64,000 bases of DNA from Andalucia godoyi And28 (lineage: Eukaryota > Protista > Jakobida): positions 248,292 to 312,291 of the forward strand of contig VRVR01000029.1 of the NCBI GenBank assembly GCA_009859145.1, written 5' to 3'. A model generated the notes under the pieces. That model was not told the DNA's origin and did no database searches. It worked only from the letters and a program-made list of their open reading frames with translations. A program made the position numbers and the translations under genes. This document shows, piece after piece, positions 40,660-48,675 of the stretch (position 1 is the first letter of the stretch; every line of letters starts with the position of its first letter).

Positions 40660-41475
40660 ATGTCTGATTCTGCATACCCAACCAAAGGCGCGTCATCGAA
40701 TTCCACTGGCGGAGCCTATGCGTTCACTCCGTCACAGTACGGCAATCAACAAGGACAGTATGGCAATCAGCAAGGTCAGTACGGCAATCAGCAAGGTCAG
40801 GCGCCGTATGGTGGTGGTGGTTCGCCGTATGCTCCTGTCGCTGTGGCTACCGGAGGAGCCGGAGTTGTGGGCTCGAACAGTGCGGTGCTTTTAACGGGTC
40901 CTCAGTCAGACTGGTCTTCGGGACTTTTCAATTGCCTGGACGACTGCGCAGTGTGTCTTTATGCAGCTCTGCTTCCAGGCTGTTTGACGATGGATGTCCG
41001 AGCACGGATGGAAGGCCGTCAGATGGAGTTAATGGATTATGCCGTCGGCGCAGCCATTTGCATCTGCTTCTGGGGTTGGGGCATTTGGTGTTTCGAGTCC
41101 TTGTTTGATTTTGAAAATCGACGGCGGATCGCTGATCGCTGGCAATTCCCCAAAAGGTCAGAGTTCGGACAGTGTCTTCAAGCCTTCTTCTGTTGTTGGT
41201 GCGTCGCATGCCAGCAAAAGAGAGAAATGGACATTCGAGAGCGACTTGGCGATCCGTTCATTGCGATGAGACTGCCGTTTGTCGCCCTTGCGCAGCCGGT
41301 TGCCGCCGCCTCCGTATACGCCCCTCCTCCACAATCCGCCCCAGTATCGCACCAGCCGTATGGAGCGAATCCGAACATGTACGGCCAGCCCCAGCCCCAG
41401 CCCCAATATTACGCGGCTCCAGCTGCGCAGCCGTACCCCGCGAATGGTACTGCTAATAATGATCGCCGTTATTAG
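40660..41475 (+). CDS. PLAC8 (DUF614)-family Cys-rich protein with Q/N/Y/G-rich N-terminal repeats
   Basis: 'DWSSGLFNCLDDCAVCLYAALLPGC' and 'CLQAFFCCWCVACQQKRE'. N-terminal QYGNQQG x3. caaATG at 40660. Confidence 0.88.
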   Translation: MSDSAYPTKGASSNSTGGAYAFTPSQYGNQQGQYGNQQGQYGNQQGQAPYGGGGSPYAPVAVATGGAGVVGSNSAVLLTGPQSDWSSGLFNCLDDCAVCLYAALLPGCLTMDVRARMEGRQMELMDYAVGAAICICFWGWGIWCFESLFDFENRRRIADRWQFPKRSEFGQCLQAFFCCWCVACQQKREMDIRERLGDPFIAMRLPFVALAQPVAAASVYAPPPQSAPVSHQPYGANPNMYGQPQPQPQYYAAPAAQPYPANGTANNDRRY

Positions 41476-41959
41476 TCTCCCCGCCGCCCCCTCTTCCTCT
41501 CTTTTCCTCAGCGAACTGTAAAATCTGTGCTGTCTCAAATCAGCACGAAACACCAATCAAATGATCCATTTTTCGTCGGAGGTCGACGGCTGTCAACTCA
41601 ACCATACTATCCGATGAAATTGGGACCGTCCTCAAGAGGTTTAGAGTAGAGAGCAGTAAACAACAATAATAAAAAAGTGCTGACAAATGCCGATCCTCGA
41701 ATACAATTAAAAAAACCCTGTATCGACAGTTTTTCATTGTCGTTTTCCTTTGTGATCCGCGAACAACAAGCAGTGAAGGGATAATAAGGTGTACATACTT
41801 ACTTACGGATCAACACTCTCTGCGACCGTCTCTCATTTTCTCTAATTCGTGTGTACATTCTGTTCTTAACTAGACCTTGATTTTCCCCGTACATTGGTTT
41901 TTTTCCCCTTCCTTGGATTGCTTCTCAACTCCTCGATTGGCTGATCTCGACGCAGCACT

Positions 41960-41961
<2 letters not shown>

Positions 41962-42017
<56 letters not shown>

Positions 42018-42020
42018 ACA
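41962..42020. repeat. (CA)n microsatellite upstream of the second VPS9 gene
   Basis: Directly visible. Confidence 0.9.
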
Positions 42021-42196
42021 CAATCGCATAGAAGAAGCGCCATTCAGGTCATCATTTGTTTTTATTTTTATATATATTGGCACTGTCATTTGTTCCTTGG
42101 ATTTGAGAGGGTTTTGTTGAGCTGGGTTGGGATTATTGATTATTATTATTATTATTATTTTGGGTTTTTGGGTTTGGGTTTACAGAGAGTTCTTGG

Positions 42197-44473
42197 ATGT
42201 CTTCGTACAGTTCCGTATCGTCACTGTCGGAATCGGTGAACGAGTCGGTCGACGACGGGGTTCCTTCTTTGGCATGGCTGACTGCCATTAGGAAGAGCAT
42301 TCCGCATCATGCGATTGCTCGCGAGTCGTTTCCTGTGGCGGCCCTGCGATCGGTGTTATCGTCGGACATGGCGTCCTTGGAGCATTCCGCGGAGGACGAC
42401 GACTGGTTTGCTTCGCAGTTTCTGGACCGCGAGCCTCCAGCACCGTTGTCGACATATTCAGTGCTTTCGTCGTCCTCGACGTCGAACAACTCGACGTCTT
42501 CCAACACTTCCTCGTCGTCCGCCACGGAATCGGCTGCAAGCGGTAACGCATTGGATGACCGTTCTTGGGACGACTCAGAGGACAGTCGCAGCGCCTCTCG
42601 ATCGTCGTCCCAGTTCCAATCGGAATATGACGACGATCGCAAGGAAGCGACTGTGAACTCGCCGTCAGCAGGTGGGAATGGCCCAAACCGGTACTCTTTC
42701 TTTGCCAGGCTGAAGTTGCGTTCTCAGCTGTCGAAACTGCAAAAGCTCAAGAAAGAAGCCTTGCAAAATCTAAGGATTCGTGAACAGGAGCTGCAGAAGA
42801 TCAAGCAAAGCGAGATATCCCTGAAGTCGCAAGCAAAGACAGAGATTCGCTCTCTTCGAGATTGGAAAGGCCCTCGAGACCAGTTTCGACTGGCCCGCGA
42901 CTTGTTCCATGGAAAATGGATGCGCCTGTGTTTGCAAAAGGGATTTGTTCTTCAGCAACTAAAGACAGTACACCACGTGCTCTCCACCGTGGAAACTTTG
43001 GAAAATCCTGCGTCTGCAGACGACCTGCTAGCCGCCGATTTGAAGATGTTGTCCATTAGTGAATCGATGGAGTGTTCGGATCGCTTTTTGCAATGGGAAG
43101 AGGCGATTGAATCGTGGGATGCTCGTGTCATTGCGTTGCAGCGATCGTATGGTATTGCAATTCGCACATTTCTGGGTCGTGCGGTGTCTCCGGATTCCCA
43201 TGAGCGGCGATCGGAAGTTCGACGGCTTGTCAAGGCGTTCCGGCTTCCACGGTTAAACACCGGTGCGACTCAGACTTCCGCTCCCATGTGCACGCGGCCC
43301 GCGTTTGCGAGCATCTTGCTTGACGAGCTGTGCGATTTTCATATACAATCCGTTTTTGACAGACTGATGCTTGACAAGAGGAGTGAGGAGAGCCGAATCC
43401 TTCTGCGATTTATGGAGAAGGTTGAAGGGGCAGTTGTCGCTCGCTGCTCGACCACCTGTGCATTGCATCCGTTTCACAGAGCTTCGTTCGTGGATGAGTC
43501 TGTGGAGCCGACAGGCGATTCACCAGATCCGTTTCGCCACGAAATCCTGCTGTCTGAATCGGCAGGCTCGCAAGCAAACGGAGATCTCCACGCACATTTA
43601 GATTCGCCGTCGGCGGAGCGTTCAGCCTATTCTTCTTCTGCTGGTCGCCATCACTCGTTACCGCCCACCGAATGTACATGCATGTTTCCATTGAGCCATG
43701 TCTACCTCTTTGCGACAGAGTTTGCCGGGCACTTAGTTTCTCGATATCGTGCGTATTCCGCTGCAAGCCAGTCTGCGATTCGCTTCTTGTCGCACAGACT
43801 GTCCTTTAGCCTGTCTCACAAGTCTTTTTTTGCGCGAGGAACTCGAGACGTGGAATATTGCAGCCTGCAGTCTGCGTTCCTGCGTGCCAAATTCGAGCCT
43901 TCCGCTCTCACCAGTTGCCGAACGGGTGTTGCGATGCTCTCCGCAAGGGATGTTGAGTTTCCTGATGCTGTGGCTGAACTGGAGAACCTCAACATTATGT
44001 TGTCTCCGATTGACATGCAGCTGTGCGTGGTTGCTGCCGCAAGAGCCATTTATTCTTCGGGTAAGGTTCGAGAATCCGATGGTGCAGATGTCTTCTTTCC
44101 GGCGCTTGTCGGTGTTGTCAAGGATTCAATTCTTTTTGCTCCTTGGGCGTCCGTGGAATATGTTCATGCGTCTCTTTTGTTTCGATCTTCCGAGGACCAC
44201 TGGCACCACGACAATGATGACGACGGAGACGACGAACGAGACAAGAACGGCGATGTGCACGCAGGACTCTGTGAGTACTACTGGGTGGCGTTTGAATCTG
44301 CGCTGGTGCAAGCGTTTTCAGAATACGAAAGCAAGTTGCGACGCCCCGGCAGTCAGGAGGAGAGCAAGTCTCCTTCGCTTTTCTCGGCTGCGTGCAAGGC
44401 TGATGAGGGTAGCATAGTGCACGATGAAGCTCAATGCGCAAATCCTCTTGTTCGCGACGACCCTTCACTGTAG
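42197..44473 (+). CDS. Second VPS9-domain-containing protein (divergent)
   Basis: 'SPIDMQLCVVAAARAI', 'DGADVFFPALVGVV' and 'GLCEYYWVAFESAL' follow the VPS9 motif order. Ser-rich N-terminus and a coiled coil. Confidence 0.7.
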   Translation: MSSYSSVSSLSESVNESVDDGVPSLAWLTAIRKSIPHHAIARESFPVAALRSVLSSDMASLEHSAEDDDWFASQFLDREPPAPLSTYSVLSSSSTSNNSTSSNTSSSSATESAASGNALDDRSWDDSEDSRSASRSSSQFQSEYDDDRKEATVNSPSAGGNGPNRYSFFARLKLRSQLSKLQKLKKEALQNLRIREQELQKIKQSEISLKSQAKTEIRSLRDWKGPRDQFRLARDLFHGKWMRLCLQKGFVLQQLKTVHHVLSTVETLENPASADDLLAADLKMLSISESMECSDRFLQWEEAIESWDARVIALQRSYGIAIRTFLGRAVSPDSHERRSEVRRLVKAFRLPRLNTGATQTSAPMCTRPAFASILLDELCDFHIQSVFDRLMLDKRSEESRILLRFMEKVEGAVVARCSTTCALHPFHRASFVDESVEPTGDSPDPFRHEILLSESAGSQANGDLHAHLDSPSAERSAYSSSAGRHHSLPPTECTCMFPLSHVYLFATEFAGHLVSRYRAYSAASQSAIRFLSHRLSFSLSHKSFFARGTRDVEYCSLQSAFLRAKFEPSALTSCRTGVAMLSARDVEFPDAVAELENLNIMLSPIDMQLCVVAAARAIYSSGKVRESDGADVFFPALVGVVKDSILFAPWASVEYVHASLLFRSSEDHWHHDNDDDGDDERDKNGDVHAGLCEYYWVAFESALVQAFSEYESKLRRPGSQEESKSPSLFSAACKADEGSIVHDEAQCANPLVRDDPSL

Positions 44474-44880
44474 CGATTTCATATTTTTTTATCGTCCCCA
44501 CTCCTACCACTCTTGTCGGTCTTGAGCATCCATTCGCGTATTGCTAGCGCAGACGTCCCCCCTCCGCTTTCTTTCTTCCTTCTTCACACATTGCCAATGT
44601 GCACACCCTTTTGAATCAGTGTTTCTTGCGGGCGTGAATGTTTCCACGTCATAAACGAAGGATCCCCGAACTCCGCGAGGTGGAAAAGCACACACAATAC
44701 AAACAATGGCAGAGTGTCGATCACGACTGACACTCGCGGTTCCACGCGAATTTACCTGGATCTTCGGAATCGACAAACTCATAGAAAAATGCCATGGTAG
44801 GCGGGACGATAAAGTGGTGACGATTAATCAACAAGGAAAAATAGAAAAAGAAAAAGGAATGAGTTAACTAATTAAATCGG

Positions 44881-45284
44881 AGCGCCTACATTGTACACGA
44901 GTCCACGGATAATCATCGCTGACCACCCATAATCAATGTTGCAACACCACATGCATAGCATGATTGGGAAGGGGGTAAGGTCCAACACGTCCCTCGGCAT
45001 GTGAGACGTTCCTAAGATAGATAGATGTAGATGTTGCGCGCGCCGTTCCAATCGCGGTCGAGCGTGCATTTGCACGGACAATAAAGAAATGAAACGAGCG
45101 TCGCTGTGCGAGAATGCAACGCGGCGACGTATTTATAGAGATTCCATGATCAAAATGGGGGCGAAACGAATCGGGCATCGTGTGACGGAGTTGCCAAGAT
45201 AGCAGACGCATGCGCATGGCGCGTGGCAGTGTTTTTTGTTGTCGTGCGCTTTGGATTGCTTCATCAATATCGCAATAAGTGGCA
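44881..45284 (-). repeat. Dispersed repeat, copy B (paralogue of 17042..17410); keeps a 133-codon open frame (44933..45334)
   Basis: The reverse complement is collinear with copy A. It carries a ~35-nt net insertion relative to A. Confidence 0.9.
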
Positions 45285-45340
45285 GCGGCTCGAAAGGAGA
45301 ATTCAAACTTTAAAAAAAAAATTAAAATTAACATTTCATT

Positions 45341-46804
45341 TTACAGTTTGCTTCGCATGGCATCCCCCATGGACACACTATTTTGTTTCCCGGTGTGGCT
45401 GGCAGCCTGGTACCGCATTGCAGAAAGACGGCAGAGCATTTGGAAGTCGTACAGGTCTGGGTCGCACTGGTCCTTTGGAAGATGCAGAACGGCGTCGGCG
45501 ATCACCTCGCCCAGCACAGGACCGAACTTGAACGCATGGCCCGAGTCGCCGGAGGCCAGCGTCACACCCGGAAGGATGTCATCGATGCAGAAAACCTCGT
45601 CGGCGGAGTCGCAGTAGCAGCACAGCTTGGCTTCATGAAGCTTCATACGGGAGCTAACCGATGCTGGGTACACTTCCGTCAGGATCGATCGAAACGACGC
45701 GATTCGACTGGGCCAATTCACCACGCTTGTGTGCGAAGACGGTGCCGAGCAGATTTCGTCGGTTGTGGTTGTCGAAAACGCATCTGCAGCATTTTTAAAC
45801 TGGTATCCCGTGCCGTGGTGACCCAGCTTCAGCAGGATCTTCCCGGCATGCGAGTCGCTACGCCATCCAGGGAAAATGTAGTAGCCTGTGTCATTCATGT
45901 CTGGACAAACGACTGGTGCTTCCTGCATCCAACGCTGTGTGTCTGCCGAGCATGTCGAGAGATCCCAGTACATGATTGGGTGTGCGGTCAAACGCAGCAT
46001 ACTCTTGAGAGCAGGAGCATAGGTTACGAGTTGCTGCAAAATCTCAGGCTTTGCGATGTACGCACCCATGCACAGCACAATCCGGTTTGCTGACAGCACC
46101 TGACCGTTCGTGCACAGCAGTCGATGTGGAAGCGAAGAACCCTTGGCAGTTTCAAACTGGAATTCTCGAACTTCCGTACCGAGCATGAACCGCACATTCT
46201 TCCTCAAGCACTCCTTGTACAAATACTCCGTGTACGCTCTTGCTTCTGCGAATCCACCCCACGGGTTAAAGTATCCGTCCACGTACGTCGATAGATTAAC
46301 AATGTTGGACAATCTGGTTCTAAGTTCCGAAGACCACTCGCTCATTCTCAGCACAGGAACACCACACGCTTTCAGCGTTGCAAAAGCGAGTGGCTCCATC
46401 TGCTGATCTCCCCATGGTTTCGAATTGACAAACAGCATGCCAGTCTCGTGCAGCAACGGCAGCCCATCGGCGCGGCGCAGCTTCCGCCACCGTTCAATGG
46501 CAATCAAGGCGGCCCTCGTCGTGACTGCGCACGCACCGTAGTCCGCGCGAACTACCCGAGTCCAATCGCCAGAGGCCGACAGGCGGTGCGGAATCTCCGC
46601 AGACTGCTCAATCACACACACATTCGTGAACCCGCGCTGCGCAAAGCTGAGGGCCGTTGACAGGCCGTACACACCTGCACCAACTATAATCACATTCGCA
46701 TCACCGTCGTGCATTCTCAGCACATCTCTCGAGCTGACCAAACGGAACAGCGAACCACTCCGTCTGATTCTTGACAAATGCTGCTTAATAAATGCTTCAT
46801 TCAT
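45341..46804 (-). CDS. FAD-dependent sarcosine/pipecolate/fructosyl-amino-acid oxidase with C-terminal PTS1 (SKL)
   Basis: 'IIVGAGVYGLSTA', 'ASGDWTRVVRADYG', 'LHETGML', 'LCCYCDSADEVFCID' (CxY flavinylation-type motif), 'GDSGHAFKFGPVLG', ends RSKL*. Start at 46804 or 46714. Confidence 0.9.
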   Translation of the reverse strand: MNEAFIKQHLSRIRRSGSLFRLVSSRDVLRMHDGDANVIIVGAGVYGLSTALSFAQRGFTNVCVIEQSAEIPHRLSASGDWTRVVRADYGACAVTTRAALIAIERWRKLRRADGLPLLHETGMLFVNSKPWGDQQMEPLAFATLKACGVPVLRMSEWSSELRTRLSNIVNLSTYVDGYFNPWGGFAEARAYTEYLYKECLRKNVRFMLGTEVREFQFETAKGSSLPHRLLCTNGQVLSANRIVLCMGAYIAKPEILQQLVTYAPALKSMLRLTAHPIMYWDLSTCSADTQRWMQEAPVVCPDMNDTGYYIFPGWRSDSHAGKILLKLGHHGTGYQFKNAADAFSTTTTDEICSAPSSHTSVVNWPSRIASFRSILTEVYPASVSSRMKLHEAKLCCYCDSADEVFCIDDILPGVTLASGDSGHAFKFGPVLGEVIADAVLHLPKDQCDPDLYDFQMLCRLSAMRYQAASHTGKQNSVSMGDAMRSKL

Positions 46805-47004
46805 CAATGAAATACCACTCAGCGTCAATGGATGCTACGTGGTTCCCTCGTTTTCAGTTCTGTGCAAAACGAAAAGAATTATTTCATTCCAATCAGACTT
46901 CGTATCATAATTGTTAAAAATTTATGAATTAAATTTAAATTAAAAAAAAAAAAAAGAAAAAGAAAAACAATTAATACAACCCCATATTCATTCCTTCGTT
47001 GGAA

Positions 47005-47952
47005 ATGAATTTGGAAGAAAAGCTCGAGGAAAAGCGTGCAGAGCTTCGCAGAAAGGCAGAGCTGGCTTCCGCGACTGCTGTTTCTGCAGAAGGTTCTCTT
47101 TTGATTCTGATTCTGGATTCATGGGCGATTGGCACTCCAGAGGTCATTGAAGCGCTGCTGCCGTTTCTATCCGCGTTTCTCACGGGCGCATCATCCAATG
47201 TGGTTGCGGTGATGTATGGCTCCGAGTTTGTGTGCATGTCGCAGCCTGTGCTGCAGAATTCCGTGGAGACCATCCGATCGGTCCGGCAAGAGTTCAAACG
47301 GTCGTGTGAAAAGTTTGCAAGCAAAACCCGACGGAATGGACAAGCGGCAGCGCAACCTTTGAACCACACGTCCTCGAACCACATCGGTGGGATTGTAATT
47401 TCAGGAGACGCTGCAAGTTGTGCAATGCCAGTCTCGGAGGTTCGCCGAGAAGGAGCCCGCTATTCTGCCGCGCTGTCGTGTGCCTTGTGCTTCATTAACA
47501 AATTTCAAAGACGAAGCGCTGCCTCCGGTGCACGCCCCCCTCTCGTGCGGTGTTTTGTGCTTTGTGCTCCAGTAGAATTGTCCATGCATGCGATACCCGT
47601 GATGAATGCCGTGTTTTCGTGCCAAAAAATGGAAATTCCCATTGACTGTCTCGTCGTCGGGGACAGCCACTCGGTTGTGCTGCAGCAAGCGGCGCATGTT
47701 TCTGGTGGAATTTATATGAATCGATCGTTTGCGACTGCGGACTCCATCATCCAGCTGTTGCTTTCCGTGTATCTCTGTGAGCGAGACTGCAGGCCGTATA
47801 TTCTGCTTCCGAAACCAACCGAAGTTGATTTTCGCGCTGCCTGCTTTTGCCACGGATTGCCGCGAGAACAAGGATACGTCTGCTCAGTTTGCTTATCTGT
47901 ATTCTGCTCCCGGGTGTCGAAATGCGACACGTGTGGCGCAGTGTTTGGATGA
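47005..47952 (+). CDS. GTF2H3: TFIIH subunit Tfb4/p34 (GTF2H3)
   Basis: vWA 'LLILILD', 'ALSCALCFINK', 'IPVMNAVFSCQKMEIPID', 'LQQAAHVSGGIY'. Zn finger 'VDFRAACFCH…GYVCSVCLSVFC…CDTC'. Confidence 0.93.
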   Translation: MNLEEKLEEKRAELRRKAELASATAVSAEGSLLILILDSWAIGTPEVIEALLPFLSAFLTGASSNVVAVMYGSEFVCMSQPVLQNSVETIRSVRQEFKRSCEKFASKTRRNGQAAAQPLNHTSSNHIGGIVISGDAASCAMPVSEVRREGARYSAALSCALCFINKFQRRSAASGARPPLVRCFVLCAPVELSMHAIPVMNAVFSCQKMEIPIDCLVVGDSHSVVLQQAAHVSGGIYMNRSFATADSIIQLLLSVYLCERDCRPYILLPKPTEVDFRAACFCHGLPREQGYVCSVCLSVFCSRVSKCDTCGAVFG

Positions 47953-48230
47953 ACTGCAAGTGCAGTTCAACTAGGGTGTTCGATGGCTGAATGAGAAGGA
48001 GGAAAGTGTTTTTTCTTGCGTTGCCCATGGGAAGAATGTGGTCAACCATTCATTCATTAGTTTAGTTTAGTTTAGTTTTTTTTTTTTGCTTTTGCTTTTT
48101 TGTTTGGTCATATATATTTTCTTTTGCGTCTCCCTTTTTGCACTCCTCTTCACAAGCAAAAAAAAAAAAAATTCAAAAAAATCGATATAACACTACGATC
48201 CGCGCGCTTTCCGCATTCCCCACGGTACAA

Positions 48231-48620
48231 ATGGAAAATAACCGCGATACTGCCCCTTCAGACATTGCGCAGCCACTCGAACGTCTAGCACAACAAGGCT
48301 CCGGTGCCAGCAGCGGTTTGTGGTCTACCGTCCAAGATACCGCAGCTACAGCGTTGGCCACGGCAGCAGAGGTTGCGGGTGTCGTCGAGGGCGTCGTAGA
48401 AGAAGTTGCACGCGGGGCATACCAGAGCATCACCGGTCGCGACGCAGGGCACGACACGGAAGAGGCTGTGCATCGAGTTCAAGAATTGGGAAGGGAGGCG
48501 AGTTCAAGCATTCAAGTTCAAGCAGCAAAAGCAAAGCACGAAATTTTGGATGTTCTCGGTGAATCTGGTGGACCACCTGCTGGCGACGCCTTCGCACCAG
48601 AAAGAGATTTCAAAATGTAA
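48231..48620 (+). CDS. Small Ala/Glu/Val-rich amphipathic protein (LEA/perilipin-like composition), 129 aa
   Basis: caaATG start. Amphipathic 'TAATALATAAEVAGVVEGVVEEVARG'. No Cys. No family recognised. Confidence 0.65.
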   Translation: MENNRDTAPSDIAQPLERLAQQGSGASSGLWSTVQDTAATALATAAEVAGVVEGVVEEVARGAYQSITGRDAGHDTEEAVHRVQELGREASSSIQVQAAKAKHEILDVLGESGGPPAGDAFAPERDFKM

Positions 48621-48675
48621 AATGAATTCGTAATAGACAGAGAATCCGATATTCTACTTTGTCGGCTCCTCCTCG

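Noticed and set aside
44504-44782. 92-aa minus-strand ORF with CxxC and CxHxxC-like residues downstream of repeat copy B
   Set aside because: Atypical start context and no recognisable family. It cannot be distinguished from a chance ORF without expression data.
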